Shown here: positions 15,078-23,722 of the stretch, in pieces
Position numbering within the stretch: the first letter of the stretch is position 1
Layout of the letters: each line of letters begins with the position of its first letter
IMG/VR virus record: IMGVR_UViG_3300011339_000249
Coordinates: 1 to 35,643 of that record
Length of the DNA stretch: 35,643 bases
From: a virus
Taxonomy: Duplodnaviria > Caudoviricetes
Strand: one strand, 5' to 3'
The notes under the pieces: model-generated
Told to the model about the DNA's origin: nothing
Databases searched by the model: none
What the model saw: only the letters and a program-made list of their open reading frames with translations
Position numbers and translations under genes: made by a program

Positions 15078-15289
15078 TTGAAATTACACGCTTTAGATTT
15101 GATATGGATGGTTCAATAGAGCCGTATGAGGATGGTAAATGGGTTCGTTATGAAGACATGCTACAGCGCACATGGGTAGGGCTGGCACCAGAAGACAGAC
15201 TAACGGCTAAATATATGCAAGACGCACCTGACGGCATTGAAGCAGTTATTGACTACATCGAAGCCAAGCTCAAGGAGAAGAACACATGA
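15074..15289 (+). CDS. Hypothetical protein, QRTWVGL...KLKEKNT cassette 2
   Basis: Start MIEITRF at 15074 with AAGGAG RBS and ATGA coupling. Confidence 0.7.
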   Translation: MIEITRFRFDMDGSIEPYEDGKWVRYEDMLQRTWVGLAPEDRLTAKYMQDAPDGIEAVIDYIEAKLKEKNT

Positions 15290-15372
15290 TTGCCACCATA
15301 TTTGTGTTGTTCATCGGCGCTATCATTGGCGTCGGTGGCATCATTGCGTTTCTGTATTTCTTCGCTGACTAG
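15286..15372 (+). CDS. Hydrophobic peptide (28 aa)
   Basis: Manual translation MIATIFVLFIGAIIGVGGIIAFLYFFAD; AAGGAG RBS; its stop overlaps the convergent endolysin stop. Confidence 0.6.
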   Translation: MIATIFVLFIGAIIGVGGIIAFLYFFAD

Positions 15373-15707
15373 ACGTTGCGCTCAAAGTGCGGGCAGTCTA
15401 TTAGGTTACTGAAGTACCCGCCCCAACGATTCTTGGGGTGCAACGATTCCCAGTAGATGCCCAGCGGTTCAATGATCTTTCTATTCCAGACAATCTTGCC
15501 GTCTTTGAAGAAGTTCAAGTCGATGGCGCAGCGTTTGAGGTGGATGCTGTTCATTGTCTTAGAACGCCCTGTTTTGACGTAGATAGCCTGCTGTTCGGGT
15601 GTGCGGGATAGTTCCCCACCAGTGACCATGAAGCCCTGTTCCGTGGCGTACTGGATCAGTTTGCACACGTCCAGCAGGAATGCGGCTTGTTCAGTGCTTA
15701 GGCTCAT
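15369..15707 (-). CDS. Endolysin, M15-family (L-Ala-D-Glu) peptidase
   Basis: R-T-x-E-Q-Q, SIHLKRCAIDL (S-x-H...D) and WGG...DCPHFE zinc-peptidase motifs. Confidence 0.85.
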   Translation of the reverse strand: MSLSTEQAAFLLDVCKLIQYATEQGFMVTGGELSRTPEQQAIYVKTGRSKTMNSIHLKRCAIDLNFFKDGKIVWNRKIIEPLGIYWESLHPKNRWGGYFSNLIDCPHFERNV

Positions 15708-15934
15708 TTTTGTTCTCCATCTGTTTCGCCGTGCGACAGTTTCACGCCAGCAAGTAAGCCAATAAAGCCACCAACAATGGTTTGGAATGCTGGGCTAATC
15801 AGTTTAAAGATTTCAGCGTTGTCAACTTTGTCGTCAAACAATCCAGCCATTAGAACGCCAACCATGCCAACGACAACAATGCACAAGGTGAAGCTAACCA
15901 TCAGGGTCACAAGAAAAGTTAGCTTTGCTTTCAT
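15704..15934 (-). CDS. Two-TM membrane protein, holin-like
   Basis: Two hydrophobic helices, charged C-terminus, next to the endolysin. Confidence 0.6.
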   Translation of the reverse strand: MKAKLTFLVTLMVSFTLCIVVVGMVGVLMAGLFDDKVDNAEIFKLISPAFQTIVGGFIGLLAGVKLSHGETDGEQK

Positions 15935-16440
15935 TTCTTTCTCATTTCTGCAAGTTTTTCAACCGTGCGACCACCAAAGTAAGCGCCCATGATCAGCATC
16001 CCCCAATTGCCCAGCAGCGTGACGTAGGACTCATTGGCGTTGTATCCAAAGGCAGACATCATGGCAAACAGGAAGTACCCCAAGAAGATGGCTATAAGGC
16101 TCATGGGGCGGATGTTTTTTGACAGCCAAGAGTCACTGGACATGTCTGCCTCCCAGCGATCCGTGACATTGTCGGCATCACTCTGCGCGGCCTTGGCCAA
16201 CAGATCAAGCTCGGCCAGTTCCATCTTGGCTTTTTCAATGCCTAGCTCCAACAGGCGCTCTTCGTGGTCAAACTGAAGCTGGCGCAGCTTGGCAACATCC
16301 TCAGATGTTGGGTTGTCAGGTATTTTTACGCCTAGCGTCTTTTCGACTACGTCCTTGCCCTTGGCTTGGATGGCGCTGGACAGCAGCCCTAAACCGTTTT
16401 CGGCTAGGCTGCCCAATAATGATGCAAGTATTGGGAGCAT
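15931..16440 (-). CDS. Holin (GTA-type 3TM holin family)
   Basis: DSWLSKNIRP and AYFGGRTVEK motifs flanking TM segments. Confidence 0.75.
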   Translation of the reverse strand: MLPILASLLGSLAENGLGLLSSAIQAKGKDVVEKTLGVKIPDNPTSEDVAKLRQLQFDHEERLLELGIEKAKMELAELDLLAKAAQSDADNVTDRWEADMSSDSWLSKNIRPMSLIAIFLGYFLFAMMSAFGYNANESYVTLLGNWGMLIMGAYFGGRTVEKLAEMRKK

Positions 16441-16712
16441 TATTTTTCCTTTTTAAGTTCACGCCTGAGTTTTTCTACCTTCTCCACCTGCGCTTTGACT
16501 TCGTGCTTGGCTTCTAGTATGTCCAGATACAACATACCCAGCAGTGGCAACATCAGCCCAACCAGAATCAAAGCAGCAACCCAACCCACTACGTTTTCCC
16601 AATCTTGCTTAAGAGGCCGAGAAGCAGCCACATATATAGGAGGAATAGGATAGTCGCCAGCAGGTACGCTTGCCTTTCGTTTAAAAGACGTTGCCTTTCC
16701 TTGCGTTGCCAT
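16440..16712 (-). CDS. Single-TM protein with C-terminal coiled coil (lysis region)
   Basis: One TM segment; stop coupled to the holin start (TAATG); overlaps the upstream gene by 124 nt, start uncertain. Confidence 0.55.
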   Translation of the reverse strand: MATQGKATSFKRKASVPAGDYPIPPIYVAASRPLKQDWENVVGWVAALILVGLMLPLLGMLYLDILEAKHEVKAQVEKVEKLRRELKKEK

Positions 16713-17269
16713 GATTCATCATCTCGTTTCTTCCTTGCCTTGTCCTGTTCTACCTTGATGACATCCCGCATTTCAAACACTTTGCTGTACAACGCCCCCA
16801 TCTCTTTAGGAGCGCCGTACACCATCGCCTCTCTTATCTCAACCTCCAACGCAGCCATCTGGTCTTGAGCCATTACCCGCTTTAGGGCGGCTTCCATCAA
16901 GTTGGCATCAGGGCTGTAGATTGTTTTGCTTTTCTCTTCCTCTTCCCTTATGTGGTCAGCAAGCTGTTCTTGCAATTTGAAAAACTGGGAAAGCTGGGTG
17001 ACGATGTCTGACATGACTTGGGTTTCGTCAACGGCAACGTAGGCCACAGGCTTGGGCGATTTTGTCTGTGGGACAGGTGCAGCATTTGCACCAAACATTT
17101 CTGCCAACTTTGACCAGAAACCCCTAACCTCTTTTGCGATTCCAATGACTTCGTTAACAGTGCTTTTGACCTCCATAAAGGAAGTCTTAGCTTGCTTGTA
17201 CAGTTTGCACCCTTCCTTGATTGCGGCAACGCAAGCATTAGCAGCGAAAAGGATGCTGATTGGATCAAT
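16589..17269 (-). CDS. Coiled-coil protein with C-terminal TM anchor; probable ATT start
   Basis: The frame stays open 31 codons upstream of the ATG at 17176 to ATT-GAT-CCA-ATC (I/M-DPISILFAANACVAAIK), 1 nt after the upstream stop. Confidence 0.65.
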   Translation of the reverse strand: MDPISILFAANACVAAIKEGCKLYKQAKTSFMEVKSTVNEVIGIAKEVRGFWSKLAEMFGANAAPVPQTKSPKPVAYVAVDETQVMSDIVTQLSQFFKLQEQLADHIREEEEKSKTIYSPDANLMEAALKRVMAQDQMAALEVEIREAMVYGAPKEMGALYSKVFEMRDVIKVEQDKARKKRDDESWQRKERQRLLNERQAYLLATILFLLYMWLLLGLLSKIGKT

Positions 17270-17270
17270 T

Positions 17271-17462
17271 TCACGCGCCTATCAATTTATTGACGATCAC
17301 GCCAACAAAGCCAGGGCCAAGCAACACTGCGCCGATCACGACGTAGAGCAGATACTCTATGCGCGTCATGCGCTGCTTTCCAGCCTCTAGTTTCTCTTCG
17401 ATATTCTTGTATCGCTCATCGCAAGATGCTTGGTGCGCGTAGAAGTCTGTCTCTAAACTCAT
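17271..17462 (-). CDS. Small coiled-coil plus TM protein (XhlA/holin-like)
   Basis: HQASCDERY...RMTRIE then a hydrophobic helix. Confidence 0.65.
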   Translation of the reverse strand: MSLETDFYAHQASCDERYKNIEEKLEAGKQRMTRIEYLLYVVIGAVLLGPGFVGVIVNKLIGA

Positions 17463-17611
17463 GCTGCTGGTGTCTCAGTTGGTGTTACTACTACGACTTC
17501 AGCCGCTACTTGTGCAGCTACTGCCGCATCATGCACTGCTTGTTCTTCAGCGGTGTACTCAACTTGGGAGACTACACCTGTTTCTACGTTTACTTCGATT
17601 CTGTGTGTCAT
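17459..17611 (-). CDS. Small acidic protein, probable fibre chaperone (50 aa)
   Basis: Manual translation MTHRIEVNVETGVVSQVEYTAEEQAVHDAAVAAQVAAEVVVVTPTETPAA; follows the fibre modules; ATGA coupling. Confidence 0.65.
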   Translation of the reverse strand: MTHRIEVNVETGVVSQVEYTAEEQAVHDAAVAAQVAAEVVVVTPTETPAA

Positions 17612-17614
17612 GAT

Positions 17615-18145
17615 TTAGCCTTCATAAAGAATGTTTACAGAGCCAGCGTCAAAGGTGTCTGGTGTTACAGAAGTAATGCGAATCCGATCAAGCGCGCCAC
17701 CAAGAGCAAGTGTTCCACCACTATTGGTACTTCGATCTCCAGTTGTATTAACTAACATACCGCATTCAACCCAAGTATTACTAGTAAGATTGACCAACTG
17801 AACTGTTCCAGTCCATAAATATGCCGCATTACCAGCAGTTGCAACAACAAAAGCAGTAGTGCTTGTTACTGCCGCAGAGCTACTTGCGCCTGATTGAATT
17901 GTGACCGCCCCCGATACATAACCAGTAGTTACAATTGAACCAGAGCCTATTTGAATTAAAAAATTTGAATTGCTACCTGTACTTACACCGTTAAACATCA
18001 CCGTAATTCGCTTCACCCATGAAGGGATAGAAGTAAAGTCAATACTCGTACCACTGGTAGAGGCAACAGCAGTGCCGGAGGTAATCCCCAGCACCGCACC
18101 TGAGTTGATCGTGACGCTTGCTGATCCATCAATTACTGTGCTCAT
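17615..18145 (-). CDS. Short tail-fibre/receptor-binding module (paralog of 18777-19349)
   Basis: S/T/G-rich beta protein; shares GTAVASTSGTSIDFTSxPxWxKRITVMxNGVS and DTFDAGxVNILYEG with its paralog. Confidence 0.7.
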   Translation of the reverse strand: MSTVIDGSASVTINSGAVLGITSGTAVASTSGTSIDFTSIPSWVKRITVMFNGVSTGSNSNFLIQIGSGSIVTTGYVSGAVTIQSGASSSAAVTSTTAFVVATAGNAAYLWTGTVQLVNLTSNTWVECGMLVNTTGDRSTNSGGTLALGGALDRIRITSVTPDTFDAGSVNILYEG

Positions 18146-18774
18146 GCCCATGTCCCCACGTTAGTCGCTGCGCCTGATGCGGAAAGCGGATTGATTCGGA
18201 TAAAGCTGCCAGCGTATGTCGAGTACGCGCCGCCAGGTGCTGCTGATAGCGTGTACTGCGGAATGAACGTGCCGCCAGCGTTGATTGAGACAGAACCCCT
18301 AATTTTAAAAATAAACGCAGTCGTGGCGGATGTAATTCCAGATTGAGCTACCGTGGCGGTAGCTTGAGAGCCAGCAAGACTTGTCATTGGGGTTACGGCG
18401 GTGGAAACAGCGGTGTTTAGCGCATTCATTCTTGCTGATGATCCGTCATAAAGAATGTTGTTTACTGTTGCCGTACCACCAAAGCCAAGAGAAACATCAT
18501 GCGATGTTGTTCCCGCAGTTTTATAAAGCATGATAAGTGCTTCAAACTCATACACAGTGCTTGCTGATAGCGTTACACCAACACCAAACAGACTTTGTGC
18601 GCCAGTTGCATTTGACCCTACAACAGCAGTATCAAGTCTGTAATACTGCTGAGTTGGAACAATGCCTCGCTGTGTGCCAATAGGTGTAGCCGCAAAGATG
18701 GGGCTTGTGTATTCAATCTGCCCTGCGGCGGCAGGACTTGATAGCGTGTCAGAAGTTAAAACAAGTATTGACAT
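18142..18774 (-). CDS. Short tail-fibre module
   Basis: A/T/S/G-rich, 210 aa, between the two paralogous modules. Confidence 0.65.
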   Translation of the reverse strand: MSILVLTSDTLSSPAAAGQIEYTSPIFAATPIGTQRGIVPTQQYYRLDTAVVGSNATGAQSLFGVGVTLSASTVYEFEALIMLYKTAGTTSHDVSLGFGGTATVNNILYDGSSARMNALNTAVSTAVTPMTSLAGSQATATVAQSGITSATTAFIFKIRGSVSINAGGTFIPQYTLSAAPGGAYSTYAGSFIRINPLSASGAATNVGTWA

Positions 18775-18776
18775 GA

Positions 18777-19349
18777 TTATCCTTCGTACAGAATGTTAAC
18801 TGTTCCAGCATCAAAGGTGTCAGTACTGGTTGATGTGATACGCACAATTGAAAGTGTTCCAGTAATAGCTTTTGACCCTGCCGCTAAACCCGCATAAGTA
18901 TTTACAGAATCAGCCATAGTTGCAGAACACACCCATGTACTGCCAGTTATATTTGCAATCGTCACAATCCCCGAATAGGTTGATGTTGCTTGCCCAGTTC
19001 TTGTTATCAAACATCCAGTTCCACCCCATGCACCTTGAATGCCATTGCCCAACACAACGCCAGAATATCCACTTGTTTCAACGCCACCAGATGGCCCAAT
19101 TTGAATCAGTATGTTGGCGGTGCTTGAAAGAGACACACCGTTCATCATCACTGTGATGCGCTTAATCCAGTTTGGCAGACTTGTAAAGTCAATGCTTGTA
19201 CCTGATGTAGACGCAACCGCTGTACCCAATGTATTGACAGCACTTGTCGCAGTGGCAGCAAGCAAAGTCAGCGTATTAGTACCCGCAACAGCAGGGGCAG
19301 CAAGTGTTACAGCCCCGCTGGTATCCCCCGAAATAACGACTGATGACAT
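18777..19349 (-). CDS. Short tail-fibre/receptor-binding module
   Basis: N-terminus SGDTSGAVTLAAPAVAGTNTLTL; C-terminal domain paralogous to 17615-18145. Confidence 0.7.
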   Translation of the reverse strand: MSSVVISGDTSGAVTLAAPAVAGTNTLTLLAATATSAVNTLGTAVASTSGTSIDFTSLPNWIKRITVMMNGVSLSSTANILIQIGPSGGVETSGYSGVVLGNGIQGAWGGTGCLITRTGQATSTYSGIVTIANITGSTWVCSATMADSVNTYAGLAAGSKAITGTLSIVRITSTSTDTFDAGTVNILYEG

Positions 19350-19358
19350 ATATTTCCT

Positions 19359-20072
19359 TTACAGAACAACCCAGCGAGCGCCGGAGGGGACAGTGACAGT
19401 GATGCCGCTATTGACGGTGATCGGGCCAACAGACATTGCGTTAAAGCCAGTGCTGAGAGTATAGTTTGTTGTGACAATCTGGCCGTTCTCCACAAACACT
19501 TGGTCAGCGCCGCCGCCAGTTGCGCCGCCGCCCAAGGCACCCCAAGCTGTTGCGCCGTAGCCTTCAAACTTGCCAGTCGTGGTGTTGTAGCGCACCATGC
19601 CGGTGACGGCGGTGGGGCGTTGGCCGGTGGTGCCCACGCTCAGTTTGGCTGCACCCGTGTTGTTTAAGGTCAGTTGGCCAGCCACTGTCAGTGTGCTGCC
19701 AAATGTGACCGCACCAGTGGCCGACAGTGTGGTGAACGCGCCGGTGTTGGGTGTGACGTCGCCAATGGGAGGTGGGGCACCAAAAGAATTGATGTCCAAC
19801 GGGATGGCAATGTTGTCTACGGTGTAGAGCAACACCTCCGTAGCGGTCTTGACTATGAACTTGTAGCTGGTGGTGTTGAGCAACCAGATGTTAGCTTGGC
19901 CAAGCGAGTCCAAGATGATCGGGTTGGTGTTGGGCGTAGCAGCGGTGTAGTCGGTGTACGTAGCGATAGGTGTTGAAGTGCCCGCCGCATAGGTGTAGAT
20001 TTTGCCTCCGACAAGAGGCAAGCCATCCGATCCGAAGATTTGCTGTTTGGGTGAGGGGGTTAAGCCAGCCAT
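19359..20072 (-). CDS. Tail-fibre anchor with tailspike head-binding-type N-terminal domain
   Basis: GLPLVGGKIYTYAAGTSTP...NTNPIILDSLGQA; GMVRYNTTTGKFEGY; C-terminus GPITVNSGITVTVPSGARWVVL. Confidence 0.75.
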   Translation of the reverse strand: MAGLTPSPKQQIFGSDGLPLVGGKIYTYAAGTSTPIATYTDYTAATPNTNPIILDSLGQANIWLLNTTSYKFIVKTATEVLLYTVDNIAIPLDINSFGAPPPIGDVTPNTGAFTTLSATGAVTFGSTLTVAGQLTLNNTGAAKLSVGTTGQRPTAVTGMVRYNTTTGKFEGYGATAWGALGGGATGGGADQVFVENGQIVTTNYTLSTGFNAMSVGPITVNSGITVTVPSGARWVVL

Positions 20073-20103
20073 GTGTTTACCTCAAGTTGTTTTTTCATGG
20101 ATA

Positions 20104-21948
20104 TTATGGAGCCATACTGTTTTTTGATCTAGATGGTGTTGCCAATTGATTTGGCTGTTTAAGTGATTCTTCAAGACGCTTGCTAGTTTGTCGTCCACGT
20201 TCAAATTGTGCTGCTTGTTTTGCAAGCGGAAATCTAATTGCTTCAAGCCCTTCCAATCCTCTAACAACAGCGCCAGCGGTGTTTGGATAATTAACGGCAC
20301 CAGGCTGCTTGACCAAAATATCTTTTAAAGCATCTCTTAAATCAACTATTTGGTTGCGGCCTTGTTTACCAAACATATAGACTAATTTGTCGTCATAATC
20401 CAATTGCTTCACTGCAGTATTGAAATTTTTAAACGACATTTGATCACCCTTGGTGAGCAAATCTTTTAAGTGTTGAATGGTTTGGCCTTGCAATTCAGCA
20501 TATGCCTGGCGGCCTTGTGGACCAGCTTTTTTCAACAAACTGGTAACGGTTCGCATTTCTTCCAAGCTGCCATCTAGCACAACATTCTTAAAGATGTCTT
20601 CATAAGCCACTTGACGATCTGCATAACCAGCTTTGGTGCCAAGCAATTTATCTACTCTAGACACATTTTCAAATTCTTTGGCCAGCTGCTTGCGCTGCGC
20701 TCTGGCTGTGCGGTATAGATTACCACCAGCGCCTTCGGTGGCCTGGTCAATCAATTGTTTCAATTGCTTGGCATTTGCTGAGCCTTTGACTTTGCCAACT
20801 TCTTGGTATACGTCTTCCAATGCGCGAATTGAAATTGTGCCCTTGTTGCTTGGGTCATTCATTCTTAATGATTCAGCCACTGAGTCCAAAATTGGGTCCA
20901 GCTTTTGTCTCATTGTTGGTGTTTTTTGATTTATGAAATCAACAATGCTTTGGTATGGGACTTCTTGCAAAGTTTCACCGGCAGTGTCTGCATTTGCATA
21001 AGCTTTTTTGTAAGCTTTAAATTTCTTTTCATATGTATCAACCAACGCTTTATCAACCAATTTGCCAACCTGGCGCATTTGAGTCGGGTCTGCAACCTCG
21101 GCACCAGTTTGCTCGGCCATGCTTTCAAGTTTTTGGGAAATGGCTTGTTTTTGTTGTTCTCTAAACCTAGCCATTTGTTCGACAAGTTCTTGTTTTTTAG
21201 CTTCACTAACACCAGAAATAGCGCCGCGCTCAATGTCGGATTCAAATTGTTGTTGCGCCAAAGACTTAGTGCGCTCACCAGCTGTAGCAGGCAAGTTCAT
21301 TCTTTGCAGGCGCTCTTCACGCAACAAGTCTTCGGCAGTGCTTGCAGCTCCCATGCCTTGCATGGTTGGCTGTTGACGAGTCAAAGTATTTGCCAACACG
21401 TTCTTAGCAGGTGCTACGGCCTGTCTAAGGATAGGACTTAATTGGTTGATTGCACCAGGCATAAGAGTGCTTAAGGCTGTGCCTGCACTGGTCAACGGTG
21501 TAGGTGGTATTGCACCCAAAAATTTGCCTATTGCCCCAGTTATTTCTGGGCCAGTTTCAGTCAAAGGCGTAAAGCCGATCATTTGTCTACTTGCTTTGCC
21601 AACGTCTTTGCCTGCTGACATTCCAAATTCAGTAGGAGTGCCGCCAATATTTTCACCTAAATACTCAGCAACCGGCCCGGCCACTGCACTAATGACATTG
21701 CCGGCAATAAGAGCTGGAGTCTCTGCAACACCCATGATCCTGTCGCGTAACGACACTTCTTTTTTGGGCAAAGTTGTAGTTTTTTCGGCACCAGGTATAT
21801 CAGCACCCACCAAACCTAATTTTTTAAAAAAGTCATTGCGAGGAATCTTGTCGGCATAGAATTTTTGATGCAATGCATCAGCCAACACAACATCTGAAAC
21901 ACTGTTGTATTCGGGGTTTTTTTGACGAAACTCAATAAGTGTTGCCAT
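20104..21948 (-). CDS. DNA ejection/internal virion protein (P22 gp16 position)
   Basis: 614 aa, helical, no Cys seen; third of three genes in the ejection-gene position; N-terminus FRQKNPEYNSVSD..LADALH. Confidence 0.6.
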   Translation of the reverse strand: MATLIEFRQKNPEYNSVSDVVLADALHQKFYADKIPRNDFFKKLGLVGADIPGAEKTTTLPKKEVSLRDRIMGVAETPALIAGNVISAVAGPVAEYLGENIGGTPTEFGMSAGKDVGKASRQMIGFTPLTETGPEITGAIGKFLGAIPPTPLTSAGTALSTLMPGAINQLSPILRQAVAPAKNVLANTLTRQQPTMQGMGAASTAEDLLREERLQRMNLPATAGERTKSLAQQQFESDIERGAISGVSEAKKQELVEQMARFREQQKQAISQKLESMAEQTGAEVADPTQMRQVGKLVDKALVDTYEKKFKAYKKAYANADTAGETLQEVPYQSIVDFINQKTPTMRQKLDPILDSVAESLRMNDPSNKGTISIRALEDVYQEVGKVKGSANAKQLKQLIDQATEGAGGNLYRTARAQRKQLAKEFENVSRVDKLLGTKAGYADRQVAYEDIFKNVVLDGSLEEMRTVTSLLKKAGPQGRQAYAELQGQTIQHLKDLLTKGDQMSFKNFNTAVKQLDYDDKLVYMFGKQGRNQIVDLRDALKDILVKQPGAVNYPNTAGAVVRGLEGLEAIRFPLAKQAAQFERGRQTSKRLEESLKQPNQLATPSRSKNSMAP

Positions 21949-21957
21949 TTCAACCGC

Positions 21958-23712
21958 CTATTTATCTGTAAACAAATTCAAAGGATCAAATGAGTTTGTA
22001 CCTGATTCACCAGGTATCAAACTTTGAATTGATTTTGCTCCTGGTCCAGCTTGAATTTCCATGGCTTTAATTGCCAATTCACGTGCTTTTTGTTTTTGTT
22101 TAATGACAGTAGAGTCTTCTCCTGGCTTGGGAAAATACAATTTTTCTGCTGTTATAAATTCCCCTGGTGAAATTGCTGCGCCTGATTCTTTTCGCAAAAC
22201 TGCTGTGATAAAGTTAATACGTCCATTTACTACTTGTTGTTGTTCTGGACTCATACCTCCTAAAATACCTGGCAACACATTAAAAATATCGTCTGTTGCT
22301 GCAGTAAATTTGTCACCAATAAAAGGAACAAGACCAACCACACTGCCAACCGCTCCTCTAACAACTCCAGTGCCTGTTTCTCCTTTGTTTTCAAGGTCTT
22401 TAAGCAAAGCATGAGAATCTTTCATTCTCATACCAAACGCGGTTGCATTACTTTGTGTTTCAGTCAATCCAGAAGATTTACCTTTTAATACATCGCCGCG
22501 AGGCTGAATGATTGGTGATGTAATATTTACAGCAGCGCCAGGCTTGGTTGCACCGCTAAGCACTGGTGCCGCACCGGCAACAAATGGCGCATTAACTGGT
22601 GGTAGAGTTTGACTAAGGGTAACTGGAAAAGCTTGCAAGGTTCGATTGTTGACGCCAACAATTGAGCCGTCTTCGGACTGTTGAATTGTGTAGCCAGGGT
22701 TGGCTTTTTCCCATGCAAATTTTTGCCGATCAAAATTTAATCGTTCCTGAGCAAGCCGTTCTGACGATCCAAGATTGGCAATTGCTTGATCGTATAGTTT
22801 GCGATTAGGATGGCCTACTGGCAATGCGTCACGCTCTGCAGTTAATCTTTTGATGTCAGTTGGCGTGATGTCTTGTGATGAAGTAAATATATTTTCACCG
22901 CCGCCAGTTACCAAATTTCTACCGACAGTATAAACTTTAGTTAACTGTTCCAGTTCTTTGTTCAAAAACGTAATTTGGTCTTTTGCTTTGGCGCTGTAGG
23001 GGAAATTTGTTCGCAAGTAGTTAATTTCTGCCCGTATTTGATCTGCTTTGGACGGCGTAGCAAGCGCGTTGGTTGGTGCAGCCGCAGCGGGCGGTGGTGT
23101 AGTGGGTAAATTATTGACTCGCGGCGCTGGGTCTACACCTGGCGCTTGAAGATTTGCCGTTACAACTGGTGTGGGTGCGGCTACTGGCGCAGCTAGACCT
23201 TCTGCTCGGCTAGCCACAAAATCGTCGTATGTAACGCCTGCGGGAGCATTTTTTACGTAGTCCATCTTCATCGCTTCATCTATAGGCGCGGATGGGCCAA
23301 CAACAGACGGCGCGGCGGCAGGCGGTGGTTTCGGTGCATTGCGATTTGCATATGATCTGTCTTGCTGATACGCCAAAACTTTTTGGTACGAGGTAAGCAA
23401 ATGGTCGCCCGTAGCTCGCACTTCTGGGCGAGGGTCTTGCAACATCAGCGTTGCCGCTTCCATAGGGTCAGCAGGGCCGCCATGCTTTCCAATCTCACCC
23501 ATAATTTTAGCTACCGTGTCCCGCGCTTCTTGCCCTTGCTGAATTGTCATTTGAACTTGTCCTAATTGCGCTTGGGCCAACTCGTTTTGCGTACCAGCAG
23601 ATTTTCTTTGCGCTTGTGCAGCCAAAATATTTTGTGTTTGACCATACTGCGTCAGTGGGTCATTCAACTGAAGTTGTTGAACACCAAGGGAAATTCTAGG
23701 ATCAATAGCCAT
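21958..23712 (-). CDS. DNA ejection/internal virion protein (P22 gp20 position)
   Basis: 584 aa, Q/A/P-rich, NFITAVLRKESGAAIS motif; synteny. Confidence 0.6.
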   Translation of the reverse strand: MAIDPRISLGVQQLQLNDPLTQYGQTQNILAAQAQRKSAGTQNELAQAQLGQVQMTIQQGQEARDTVAKIMGEIGKHGGPADPMEAATLMLQDPRPEVRATGDHLLTSYQKVLAYQQDRSYANRNAPKPPPAAAPSVVGPSAPIDEAMKMDYVKNAPAGVTYDDFVASRAEGLAAPVAAPTPVVTANLQAPGVDPAPRVNNLPTTPPPAAAAPTNALATPSKADQIRAEINYLRTNFPYSAKAKDQITFLNKELEQLTKVYTVGRNLVTGGGENIFTSSQDITPTDIKRLTAERDALPVGHPNRKLYDQAIANLGSSERLAQERLNFDRQKFAWEKANPGYTIQQSEDGSIVGVNNRTLQAFPVTLSQTLPPVNAPFVAGAAPVLSGATKPGAAVNITSPIIQPRGDVLKGKSSGLTETQSNATAFGMRMKDSHALLKDLENKGETGTGVVRGAVGSVVGLVPFIGDKFTAATDDIFNVLPGILGGMSPEQQQVVNGRINFITAVLRKESGAAISPGEFITAEKLYFPKPGEDSTVIKQKQKARELAIKAMEIQAGPGAKSIQSLIPGESGTNSFDPLNLFTDK

Positions 23713-23722
23713 TTTTTAATCC

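Noticed and set aside
17615-19349. Paralogous fibre modules as a diversity-generating retroelement (TR/VR)
   Set aside because: No reverse transcriptase in the window; similarity is at protein level with many synonymous differences, not adenine-specific.
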